DNA from: Escherichia phage phT4A
Length of the DNA stretch: 64,000 bases
Reading direction: 5' to 3' (one strand)
Sequence record: NC_055712.1
Shown here piece by piece: positions 1-8,947 of this stretch. The notes beneath the pieces were generated by a model. It saw only the letters and a list, made by a program, of their open reading frames with translations, was not told the DNA's origin and made no database searches. Made by a program: the position numbers and the translations under genes. How positions within the stretch are numbered: position 1 is the first letter of the stretch; every line of letters begins with the position of its first letter.

Positions 1-379
1 AAAATCTAAATGTGGCGATCGTTTTCATCTGGGAGTTATCCAGGATATGCACAGCGAATGATTGCTTAGGATCATCCCACGCAACAGAGTTAAACTCGTT
101 GTAATCGTTTGTGCTCAACATCCATATGTAAATCCCAAGATACGATCTCATTTCCTCATCGACTACAAAGCGGATCATCAAAGGATCAAACTCAAAAGCC
201 GAACCAGGTACTTTACCTCGAACCATCATATTTGCAGGAATATCAACTGCTGGGAGGTTCATTGATGGTAGTGTAACCCCTTGAACTTGTAAAGTCAAAC
301 CTTTCATGTAACTGTTATCAGGAATATCAACCCGAAAGTTTGTAGGTGAGATTTGGTTTAAAATCATTTCTGTAGACAT
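1..379 (-). CDS. gp3-like tail completion / sheath stabilizer protein (partial; 3' end lies beyond window start)
   Basis: Minus-strand ORF with ATG at 379-377 (MSTEMILNQISPTNFRVDIPDNSYMKGLTLQ...), GGAG-type RBS just upstream, open to window edge; position left of gp2/gp4 matches T4 order 3-2-4-53-5. Identity by synteny only. Confidence 0.4.
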   Translation of the reverse strand, partial: MSTEMILNQISPTNFRVDIPDNSYMKGLTLQVQGVTLPSMNLPAVDIPANMMVRGKVPGSAFEFDPLMIRFVVDEEMRSYLGIYIWMLSTNDYNEFNSVAWDDPKQSFAVHILDNSQMKTIATFRF

Positions 380-458
380 AGGATCTCCTTTCCTCTATTT
401 AGCGGGGAACGGGATCAAAGCGGCCTGACGGGGTAATATAAAAATTTGAAGAAAATGC

Positions 459-487
459 TTGACCTTTTAAAATCTTTGATCTATAAT
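459..487 (+). promoter_or_regulatory. sigma70-type early promoter TTGACC-17-TATAAT
   Basis: TTGACC at 459-464, 17-nt spacer, TATAAT at 482-487, A-rich upstream; in AT-rich intergenic region upstream of the 749 gene. Confidence 0.55.
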
Positions 488-574
488 AATTATTAATTAA
501 AATTTTATCAAAAAGATCTAACAAGATCAAGTAAAATTTAATAAATAATTTATCAAAAATTTTTAGATCTGATC

Positions 575-603
575 TTGAATTCATAAATTTTATGATCTAT
601 AAT
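575..603 (+). promoter_or_regulatory. sigma70-type early promoter TTGAAT-17-TATAAT (tandem with 459-487)
   Basis: TTGAAT 575-580, 17-nt spacer, TATAAT 598-603; GATC immediately 5' of the -35; same module recurs at 35140-35168. Confidence 0.5.
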
Positions 604-748
604 ATATTAATATTTTATTTTATCATAAATTTTTATGAAGATCAATACTTAGATCTAATAAATTTTATGCTTTTTCTGAAAACTTTTCCTTTACCCCGTC
701 ACTAAATACTGGTACTATGTTCCCATATTGGAAATCAGGAAAAACAAA

Positions 749-1538
749 ATGACTCACTTGAAAAAATTCAAAGAATTTCTGACCGAAGGTAAAACCCTCG
801 CTCGTACCGTAGCACGTGGTCAACGCGCTAAAAACTTCCGATAAACATTCAATCGGTTTTCTTCACTTCAAACATGGTTCTGATTTCGAAGTTTTAGCAC
901 CGGATTCTCACGATCTGGCATACTTCGGTAAAAACATTGTACGTTTGAAAGGTATGACTACTGGTAAAGTTCAAGCGGCTTATGTCGATTGGGCTAAAGG
1001 TACTGTTTCTTTCTACAGTGGCAATCCGGATGATGATCTGGATTTCGACAAACCAGAAAAATTCAAAGCTGCTACTCTGTATGAAGAGGCGGAAGAAAAT
1101 CTGGATCTGTATAACCAGTTAGCAGAAGATTTCGAAATCGAGATCCCTATGGATGAAGCTCTGGTGAAAGGTAAAGTTTACAAACTCCCAAGCAACGATA
1201 TGCGTCTTCTGTACACTGGGCGTTCTAAAACTAAAGCAAGCGGTGAATATGCAGTGTTTACCGTAGTTGATGCTTCCGGCAAACCTCGCCTAGTATCTGG
1301 TAAAAAATTCACCCAAGAATATAAAGGCGATATGGTTTCTAAACTGGTTCTGGCTGAATCCGAAGATCTGAATGAAGCGGCTAAAGGCATTCGCGAAAAA
1401 GTTATTGCTGTGATGGTGAAACGCGGGTTTAACGAAAAAGATGCAGAAAAGATGGTTGACAAAAACCTGAAAGATGCTATGAAAGTTAGACCTGGTGCGA
1501 CCCCTGGCAAACTTGCAGAAATAGTTAGCACCCTGTAA
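749..1538 (+). CDS. hypothetical early protein; frame interrupted at A5 tract 830-834
   Basis: ATG 749 with AGGAAA RBS gives a 31-codon ORF stopping at 842-844; the long ORF (816..1538) continues in the +1 frame with no RBS of its own. Removing one A from 830-834 fuses them (~263 aa). Flanked by promoters and terminator. No recognisable family. Confidence 0.5.
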
Positions 1539-1542
1539 AAAT

Positions 1543-1573
1543 AAAGCCCCTTCCTTTCGGTTGGGGCTTTTTG
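1543..1573. terminator. bidirectional rho-independent terminator
   Basis: Hairpin AGCCCC-ttcctttcggtt-GGGGCT (1545-1568) with A-run 5' and T-run 3'; between convergent genes; same sequence recurs at 36189-36222. Confidence 0.6.
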
Positions 1574-1574
1574 A

Positions 1575-2429
1575 TTAGTATTTGCTCCAGACTTTTTTTG
1601 CGCCGTAAGGTTTCCCTTTGGACATAAATTGCTGAGTCGGTAGCCAAACAGCTTTCGCCCAATCTTTAGGGGCAATCTCTGCTAATGGTGATTTGAGGTG
1701 TGATGGTAGATATGCTTTGATCATTTCTGTTGCGCCTCGCATACCTTTCACGTTACCCCAGTTAATTTTAAGCACGGTCTTGTTAGAGAGGCGTTTAGTG
1801 GATCCGTACCCTCGCTTCAATAACTCTTCTAAAAACTCCTGTCGTGCTCTGGGTGGCGCATAGTGCAAGTTCAAACCATAGAACACTAAGTTACCCGCTT
1901 TCGATCTTCCGGATCCTAAGAAAATGATCAGTGGAAATCTATCCCAATACGGCAGGGTGTCTTTATATTTTGCATCATATGCAAACGTGTACAGGCGACC
2001 CGTTGCTGGTTTTGCCACACGGTGTGTTTTGATACTGGTTTTGATGAAATTACCAAACCATTCTGTTGAATCTTTCTGTCGCTTTGCCGCCGATACACCA
2101 ACAGTGATCTTTTTCAGACTATTACGGAAATCGTTGATGATCTCGATCCCGTGTTTTTTACGGTAGTCATTACGTTTTTTACGGGCTTCTGTCTCTGCGG
2201 AACGTCGTTCAATCTCATCATCAATCTGTTTTTTGTAACGATGCATTGACTTTGTGAACGTTGCGTAGTTTAATCCCTCAGAATCGGCAAAACGTTTAGC
2301 AGAAACACCTTTCGTTTTTGCCTTACGGAATTTGATCCCCAGTTCAACCCAATCACTCAATTTGCGTTTGGGTGGTGCTTTGGGTTTATCCTCTTCCGCG
2401 ATGATCTCAAACTCAAAAATAAAACTCAT
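1575..2429 (-). CDS. gp2: gp2 DNA end protector protein
   Basis: 284 aa, size and position as T4 gp2 (274 aa); basic protein; synteny 3-2-4. Confidence 0.75.
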   Translation of the reverse strand: MSFIFEFEIIAEEDKPKAPPKRKLSDWVELGIKFRKAKTKGVSAKRFADSEGLNYATFTKSMHRYKKQIDDEIERRSAETEARKKRNDYRKKHGIEIINDFRNSLKKITVGVSAAKRQKDSTEWFGNFIKTSIKTHRVAKPATGRLYTFAYDAKYKDTLPYWDRFPLIIFLGSGRSKAGNLVFYGLNLHYAPPRARQEFLEELLKRGYGSTKRLSNKTVLKINWGNVKGMRGATEMIKAYLPSHLKSPLAEIAPKDWAKAVWLPTQQFMSKGKPYGAKKVWSKY

Positions 2430-2444
2430 GTTTCCCTCCAGGGA

Positions 2445-2912
2445 TTACTGACCTCGCCACCCAAAAACTTTTTTGAGTGATTCTTCTGTTACGATTTTGA
2501 ACTGCCAGCCTTTTTGACGGCATAGCTCATTTGCGGCTTTCCACTTATCAATATTAACTGTATAGGTGTAAAGAGCATCAATAAATTTCTTTTTATTGTG
2601 TACGTTGTTGTTTACTGGCTTCGGTGGAGGCATGGTTTCTTTAAGGGGCTTAACCTCCCAAAGATATGTAGTACCATTTTCCATTTCCACATAGAAATCC
2701 ATGTAATAGCGTCTTCTCTTACCGTCTGCATTGCAGAAATACGGGATCACTATACATTCAGAATTCCAACGTTTTACGTGTGGGTTTTTATCCAGCCACT
2801 TCATAACGTAGCGCTCCCACGATGACCTATACGTAATCTTTCGCGGATCGCCTTTATACTTCTGTATGTTTTCGGGTACAAACGACCCTTTATACGTCTG
2901 TCTTCCAGCCAT
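2445..2912 (-). CDS. gp4: gp4 head completion protein
   Basis: 155 aa (T4 gp4 150 aa); synteny between gp2 and gp53. Confidence 0.75.
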   Translation of the reverse strand: MAGRQTYKGSFVPENIQKYKGDPRKITYRSSWERYVMKWLDKNPHVKRWNSECIVIPYFCNADGKRRRYYMDFYVEMENGTTYLWEVKPLKETMPPPKPVNNNVHNKKKFIDALYTYTVNIDKWKAANELCRQKGWQFKIVTEESLKKVFGWRGQ

Positions 2913-2962
2913 TGCGTAAATCCTAAATAGAATAATATAACGTTTAGATAGGGGAACTTATC

Positions 2963-3517
2963 GTGCTATTTTCATACTTCCCGCCTGTTGATTACAAAGG
3001 CACCCAGACAACTGATATTTTCCGAGACTATCGATTTTATTTTAATCGTGTGATTGGAAAATATAAAACCCGTAGTTACCAGATAACAGGCACACTACGA
3101 CCTGAACAACTTGCAGAATCATTATATGGAAACCAGCAATACTACTGGATCCTGTTGATGCTTAACTCTGTTTATGACCCTTTCTATGGTTGGATCTCCG
3201 ATCAGGAAGCCGCGTATCAGTGCGCTATACAGCGTTATTCTGAGGTTGGCGGTGAACAGGTTCTGTATCATGTAGATGAAAACAACAACAAGTATTATAA
3301 CCTTGTCGAAGACCCCAATAACCCTGGTCATTGGTATGACAAAGGTGACAAACCAATGCTGTATTTACAGTATCAAGGTGTATTAGCTCCTGTAGATATT
3401 TATGAAGATGCAGTGTTGCAAAATGAAGCAAAACGAACAATAAAAATCATTAGTCCGTCTGACATCCAGGCGTTTCTGAATGATTTTATTAAAGAAATGG
3501 AAAAGGCTAACTCATGA
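2963..3517 (+). CDS. gp53: gp53 baseplate wedge subunit
   Basis: 184 aa (T4 gp53 196 aa); immediately upstream of and overlapping gp5 start. Confidence 0.75.
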   Translation: MLFSYFPPVDYKGTQTTDIFRDYRFYFNRVIGKYKTRSYQITGTLRPEQLAESLYGNQQYYWILLMLNSVYDPFYGWISDQEAAYQCAIQRYSEVGGEQVLYHVDENNNKYYNLVEDPNNPGHWYDKGDKPMLYLQYQGVLAPVDIYEDAVLQNEAKRTIKIISPSDIQAFLNDFIKEMEKANS

Positions 3518-5283
3518 AATTAGGCGGAAATTTACACTCCCCTTTCTTTGATGGGGTGGTTGAAAACGTTGATGATCCGCGCGGGTTGGGCCGTGTTCAA
3601 GTCCGTGTATTTGGACAACACCCAGCCCAAAAACAAAAATCCGATGCAATCGGTGTTCCTGTTGAAGATTTACCCTGGATGATGCCTATTCAGGATATTA
3701 GAAGCGCTGCGATCTCTGGTGTGGGCTTCTCTCCAACTGGTATCACTCGCGGATCCTTTGTTGTTGGTTATTGGCGTGACAAATGGCACCAAGATGGTAT
3801 GATAATTGGTACTGTCGCTGGTGAATATGTCGAACAACCAGACACACAGAAAGGTTTTTGCGATCCTATGGGTGAATACCCTCGCTATGTTGGTAACGAT
3901 GTTAACTCCCTTGCTTTAGGTGGTTTGAAAGGCAAAGGATCATCAAGTGTCATCATTCGTGATTCAAACACAAGCATAGCAGTAAACCCAGACGATCGCC
4001 CACTGGATGAGATACCAGAAGATAACCGCCCTGATACGGGTGGATTTACGATCGAAAAGATGCTCAAGCAGGATGAGGGGATCCGTACACGATGGTATAC
4101 AGACAGTGAAGGATATCCGACAATCGGGATCGGGCATTTGCTTATCCGCGAAAAGACTCGCGACACTGCAAAAATTAACGCTGCGATCAGTAAAGCGGTA
4201 GGTCGAGAAGTAACAAACGGAACAATCACGGCAGAAGAGGTATCAACCTTATTTGCTCAAGATTTAGCCAAAGTAAGATCTGATATTCAGAGAACCGCTA
4301 ACGTCCGTGAAGTGTATGTGAACCTCAACCGTCCTCGTCAAATGGCGATCGAAAACATGTCGTTTCAAATGGGCGTCGGTGGTGTTGCTAAATTCACCAA
4401 TACCCTGAAAGCGATGAAAAATGAAGATTGGCAAGCGGCTTATAATGGTCTTCGAAATTCACTGTGGGCTAGTCAAACTCCAGGCCGTTCTTCTCGCGTG
4501 TCTAAAATAGTCCTCACGGGCAACCTTGAATCATATGGGGTACAAGTACCAGATCCGGAAGGGCGCTCTCTGAGTGCTGCTTACGCTGCGTATAACGGTG
4601 CTACATTGCTGGCGGCTAGTCCGGAAGATCCTTTTACTCCTGGTGATACCCGTGTGATGTTTGAAGAACCAGCATCATCTTATAATGCTGAATATCCGTA
4701 CAATATGGTTTTTGAATCGAGATCCGGACACATTCAGGAATTCGATGATACCCCAGGATACGAACGATATAACCGTGTTCACCCAGCAGGGAGTTACGAA
4801 GAAATTCGCCCGGATGGAACCCGCGTTGTTAAAATCGTAGGGGATGATTATCAAATTGTGATGCAGGGCCGGAAACTCAACGTTAAAGGCAACTTGCAGG
4901 TAGTTATTGAAGGCGACGCATTCATTTACAACATGGGTAACGTTCAACAAACGGTTGATGGTAACGTAACTGAGTTTGTTCGTGGCAACGTTCAACAAAC
5001 GGTTGAAGGTGAGTACGTTGGCCTGATTAAAGGCAATGCTGAACTAACTGTAAACAAAGATGCAACAGTTAACGTTGATCAGAATCTTACCGCAAATGTG
5101 AAACAGAATGCAACCGTGGCTGTAACAGAAGACGCAACGGTCACTGCAAAAAATGCGAAAATTGAGATTGAAGAAACGATGGATATCGGTGCTAAAGATA
5201 TCAATATCAAAGCAACGAATAACACGTTTATTGATTCTGGCGCATTAACAAAAATCACTGGCGGCACCGTCCAAGTGGGGTAA
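3514..5283 (+). CDS. gp5: gp5 baseplate hub subunit and tail lysozyme
   Basis: 589 aa; N-terminal OB region (GRVQVRVFGQHP), T4-lysozyme-like domain (GYPTIGIGHLL...), C-terminal beta-helix with VxGxxxxx octapeptide repeats. Confidence 0.9.
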   Translation: MKLGGNLHSPFFDGVVENVDDPRGLGRVQVRVFGQHPAQKQKSDAIGVPVEDLPWMMPIQDIRSAAISGVGFSPTGITRGSFVVGYWRDKWHQDGMIIGTVAGEYVEQPDTQKGFCDPMGEYPRYVGNDVNSLALGGLKGKGSSSVIIRDSNTSIAVNPDDRPLDEIPEDNRPDTGGFTIEKMLKQDEGIRTRWYTDSEGYPTIGIGHLLIREKTRDTAKINAAISKAVGREVTNGTITAEEVSTLFAQDLAKVRSDIQRTANVREVYVNLNRPRQMAIENMSFQMGVGGVAKFTNTLKAMKNEDWQAAYNGLRNSLWASQTPGRSSRVSKIVLTGNLESYGVQVPDPEGRSLSAAYAAYNGATLLAASPEDPFTPGDTRVMFEEPASSYNAEYPYNMVFESRSGHIQEFDDTPGYERYNRVHPAGSYEEIRPDGTRVVKIVGDDYQIVMQGRKLNVKGNLQVVIEGDAFIYNMGNVQQTVDGNVTEFVRGNVQQTVEGEYVGLIKGNAELTVNKDATVNVDQNLTANVKQNATVAVTEDATVTAKNAKIEIEETMDIGAKDINIKATNNTFIDSGALTKITGGTVQVG

Positions 5284-5287
5284 TTAA

Positions 5288-6910
5288 ATGATTATGGATT
5301 ATGAATCAATAATTGATGGAATTATGCAAAATTATCANNNNNNNNNNNNNNNNNNNNNNNNNNNNNNNNNNNNNNNNNNNNNNNNNNNNNNNNNNNNNNN
5401 NNNNNNNNNNNNNNNNNNNNNNNNNNNNNNNNNNNNNTGCAAATATACGGGTATGCAGGTTAACACCAACGCAGATACAAGCATTCCTCCTGTTCCTCCT
5501 GCAATGCCTTCCACTTATGGGGCATTACCGAGTGAATTAATCCGTGCTGATATTTCGTGCATTCCGGCAACTGTTGGTTTCGCATATACAAATATCAGTG
5601 ATGCTATGTTACAGGCATGGAACGAAACCCGTAATACGTTCAAGCTACAGTTTAACATGTTAACGGGTGCTGTACAGAATGGATTCGGGATCGCGACGAT
5701 GTTTGATGGTTTATCCGTATCGATGGAAGAAGTAATGGCGGGGGCGCTCGCATTGTCACAGCAAGCATGGCAAACTGCTATGAAAGTTTTCAGACAAGTG
5801 ATTAGCGCTGCATTTAACATTATCGGTGGTGCATGGGGATTGATTAATCAGTTCTTGCCTCAAGTAACCATCTTAGGTGTTGCGATCAACATTTACGATC
5901 TGGTGTTTGGTGATAATTCTGTTCAGACTTTGAAAGATGCGTTTAATGCAATCATCAAATCCGGACAACAAACATATGAAACCGTCATAAACGCAATATA
6001 CGGGGCCATAGGAAGCGCATACAATTACTCTGTGGAATATGTCAAAGCTGGCGCTCGCGACCTTGTGGATGCGTGTAGCGCGTTATTTGATTGGTGTTTA
6101 ACGATGTTCCAAAACGGTTGCGTTGCATTAATCGACTTATACGGTCGGATCATGCAAACATGGGCTATCCCTCCGGAAGTCCCAAACCCGTTATGGTCTG
6201 CGGTGCTGGCTATCCGTAACATCATGATGCAAATCAAACCACTTGATATAATTCTGGGCGGTAACTTCCCTGGATTCACTGCAATGGATTTGTATCAACA
6301 AGCACAGGAAAAAGTCAAGGCTTTTGTTGATGAGTCATACGAACAGATCCGAGGGCTTTATGAACAGGGGCAGGAACTTTACAAAACGTTAAAAAATCAG
6401 ATTTTCGAACGTGATACAATTCAGAGAAAATTCAACCAGTACTTAAACTGGATGTGGGGCGCTGTAACAGACGAAGCAACAGCGGCTTATCAATCTGCAT
6501 TGGATGCTGCAAACGCTGCTGTAGCTGCAACACAGGCCGCGTATGACGCTATACAGGAACAGATTGGATCTCTACAAGATGCAATGAAAGATACATACAG
6601 CATGGCGATGGAAGAATTAAAGAAATTGCCTTTGATGAGTACAATAAACGAGTTTTTAGGCTTCTGTGGTGTCGCATTTGACGATCTTCTCAAGTCATAT
6701 GAAAATGCGATTACTGGTGCTCAGTCTCTGTACAAAAATTTCATTGATAGTTCTCGCTCGTTTAAAGATCACTGCAAAGTAATCTATAACCAAATTTGTA
6801 CGTTGGCGTTGAGTAAAGTCACACAATATGTGAATAAATTGCTGTCTCTCATAGGATTAGCAATCAACTTTGGTTCGATTAGTGTATGTGTTCCAGTACT
6901 GAAATACTAA
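5288..6910 (+). CDS. hypothetical large helical protein with hydrophobic segments (ORF crosses 100-N gap; 5' part uncertain)
   Basis: Post-gap ORF 5438-6910 (~490 aa) is alpha-helical in composition with long hydrophobic stretches (e.g. ISAAFNIIGGAWGLINQFLPQVTILGVAINIY; C-terminal LLSLIGLAINFGSISVCVPVL) and an Ala/Gln-rich coiled-coil-like segment; no T4 counterpart recognised at this position. Confidence 0.4.
   Translation: MIMDYESIIDGIMQNYXXXXXXXXXXXXXXXXXXXXXXXXXXXXXXXXXXCKYTGMQVNTNADTSIPPVPPAMPSTYGALPSELIRADISCIPATVGFAYTNISDAMLQAWNETRNTFKLQFNMLTGAVQNGFGIATMFDGLSVSMEEVMAGALALSQQAWQTAMKVFRQVISAAFNIIGGAWGLINQFLPQVTILGVAINIYDLVFGDNSVQTLKDAFNAIIKSGQQTYETVINAIYGAIGSAYNYSVEYVKAGARDLVDACSALFDWCLTMFQNGCVALIDLYGRIMQTWAIPPEVPNPLWSAVLAIRNIMMQIKPLDIILGGNFPGFTAMDLYQQAQEKVKAFVDESYEQIRGLYEQGQELYKTLKNQIFERDTIQRKFNQYLNWMWGAVTDEATAAYQSALDAANAAVAATQAAYDAIQEQIGSLQDAMKDTYSMAMEELKKLPLMSTINEFLGFCGVAFDDLLKSYENAITGAQSLYKNFIDSSRSFKDHCKVIYNQICTLALSKVTQYVNKLLSLIGLAINFGSISVCVPVLKY
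5338..5437. other. assembly gap (100 N)
   Basis: Run of N. Confidence 0.95.
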
Positions 6911-6941
6911 ATAGTCGAATGATCAAGAGGAATTTATAATA

Positions 6942-8867
6942 ATGGCTACTGCTAAGACTAAGACTGTCAAAAAACAGATTAACCAAATCCCCGATATTTT
7001 TATCGGGGGTACTTTCGAAGAAATTAAAACAGATCTGATTGATTGGCTGGGTGGACAAGAAGAGTTTAAGGATTACGATTTTTCCGGCTCGCGAATGAAC
7101 GTACTGATCGACCTTCTGTCGTATGCTACTCTTTATATTCAGCAGATGGGTAACACGGCTCTATTTGAATCGTTTATTCGCACGGCTGCATTGCGTAGTT
7201 CTGTTGTACAGTCTGCTCAAGATCTGGGATATATGCCAGATTCTCGCACGGCTGCAAGCACAGCAGTAATGATTACGGCTGCTAACCCACTGACCCCAAC
7301 ATCGATCCGTATCCCGCGCGGTACAAAATTCATCGGTACTGTAAAGAATACAGACAGTTATTCTTTTGTTGTATCAGATGACGTTGTTATCGTTCGTGAT
7401 AGTAATAACAACTATACATCAATGCTGAACCTGGTGCAAGGCCGTTTAGTTCGTACTGAACTAATTTATGACGGTTCGAGTATCCTGATCCGAGATCCAA
7501 ACATTGACCGTAGTCAGGTACGTTTAACTGTAAACGGCGCACAATGGGAAGACTGGACAAACGAAAGCATTGTAAACGCAACAGGCGCAAGCACGATTTA
7601 CTACATGCGTGAAACTGTTGATGGACATACCGAAGTTTATTTCGGTGAAGGTGAAGCAAGTCAACAAGTGGCGGGTGGTGCATTAACCGCTGAATATATC
7701 GGGGGCTTGAAACCTGCTAATGGATCGACTATCGTTATTGAATACCTGTCAACCGATGGGGAAGCGGCTAACGGTGCAAAAGATTTTATCTATGTCGATA
7801 CATTAACCAATATTAGCATCACTAACATCGAAGAAAACCCGACTAAATCCCCTGATTATGTCGGTGCTGATGGTGGTGGTGATCCAGAAGATATCGAGCG
7901 TATTCGAGAACTGGCCCCTGTTATGCGTGAAACACAACGCCGTTGTGTAACTGCATCGGATTATGAATCTTTCCTGTCTCACAGATTTGGTTCTATCATC
8001 CAGGCGGTACAGTGCTTTACTGATAACGAAAAACCCGGTTATGCTTTCATTTCTGTTAAACCAAAGTCAGGTTTGCGCCTAACATCGGTACAGAAAGAAG
8101 ATATGCAAACGTATCTTTCGAAATATAACCTCGCGACGATCACCCCGTCGATTATGGATCCTAACTATCTGTATATTGTGCAATCTGTAAAAGTAACGTA
8201 TGATATCAGTAAGTTGACGGAATCAGAGGAATGGTTACGCGGTCAGGTTATTTCGTCGATCGACTCTTACTATACTGACAACGTTGAAATTTTCAACAAA
8301 TCTTTCAGTGTATCTAAGATGTTGACTTATGTCGATCAGTCTGATACCTCTATTATCGGTTCGGAAGCAGATATTAAATTGCTCCGTGAAATTGACAACT
8401 ATTACAGCGCCCCTATGTCTGGGATCCATTTCTTGAACCAGGTGGAATCTAAATCAATCATTTCCAGTACATTCAAGTTCACCAACGGAGAAGACGAAAG
8501 TTATGATGTTCGTTATGCTTCTACGGAAATGGATCAGGATGGTAACGCAAAAATTGTAATAGGCCCGTTCAAGGATGGGGATATTTCGATTGCTGCTTAT
8601 ACAGGCGATGACTTTGAAAAATTAACAGATGCAGGAACCCGTAATAAATATTACGAAGTTGGATCGGTTTCTCATTACACCGATTTCATTATCTTTGACC
8701 TGGGCGTTCTGAACGTATCCGCCGATAGTTTCAGCGCTGCTTATATCGAGCTAACCGCAAAGCCTCTCGAAGAAACCATTTTTACTCGCGATGGATCGTT
8801 GATCGTGTTTGAAAATGACCTGCGTCCTCAATACACCACATTGACTATGAATCCTATCAGTCAATAA
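6942..8867 (+). CDS. gp6: gp6 baseplate wedge subunit
   Basis: 641 aa; clear similarity to T4 gp6 (IPDIFIGGTFEEIK..., VGADGGGDPEDIERIRELAP, C-terminal DGSLIVFENDLRPQY). Confidence 0.9.
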   Translation: MATAKTKTVKKQINQIPDIFIGGTFEEIKTDLIDWLGGQEEFKDYDFSGSRMNVLIDLLSYATLYIQQMGNTALFESFIRTAALRSSVVQSAQDLGYMPDSRTAASTAVMITAANPLTPTSIRIPRGTKFIGTVKNTDSYSFVVSDDVVIVRDSNNNYTSMLNLVQGRLVRTELIYDGSSILIRDPNIDRSQVRLTVNGAQWEDWTNESIVNATGASTIYYMRETVDGHTEVYFGEGEASQQVAGGALTAEYIGGLKPANGSTIVIEYLSTDGEAANGAKDFIYVDTLTNISITNIEENPTKSPDYVGADGGGDPEDIERIRELAPVMRETQRRCVTASDYESFLSHRFGSIIQAVQCFTDNEKPGYAFISVKPKSGLRLTSVQKEDMQTYLSKYNLATITPSIMDPNYLYIVQSVKVTYDISKLTESEEWLRGQVISSIDSYYTDNVEIFNKSFSVSKMLTYVDQSDTSIIGSEADIKLLREIDNYYSAPMSGIHFLNQVESKSIISSTFKFTNGEDESYDVRYASTEMDQDGNAKIVIGPFKDGDISIAAYTGDDFEKLTDAGTRNKYYEVGSVSHYTDFIIFDLGVLNVSADSFSAAYIELTAKPLEETIFTRDGSLIVFENDLRPQYTTLTMNPISQ

Positions 8868-8872
8868 TCGTT

Positions 8873-8905
8873 AACCCCTGTCTTCGGATAGGGGTTTTTC
8901 TTTTT
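8873..8905 (+). terminator. rho-independent terminator after gp6
   Basis: Hairpin CCCCTgtcttcggatAGGGG followed by TTTTTCTTTTT. Confidence 0.55.
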
Positions 8906-8912
8906 ATAAATA
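8905..8912 (+). promoter_or_regulatory. T4-type late promoter TATAAATA
   Basis: Exact TATAAATA about 36 nt upstream of gp7 ATG. Confidence 0.5.
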
Positions 8913-8947
8913 CGTGATATACATAACCGCAAATTTGGAGAAATATA

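Noticed and set aside
62-584. ORFs 62-265 (+) and 399-584 (-) from the ORF track
   Set aside because: The first is antisense to the gp3-like gene; the second is an AT-rich low-complexity translation of the promoter region.
5313-5540. ORF 5313-5540 crossing the first N run
   Set aside because: It exists only because N codons cannot encode stops; artefact of the gap.
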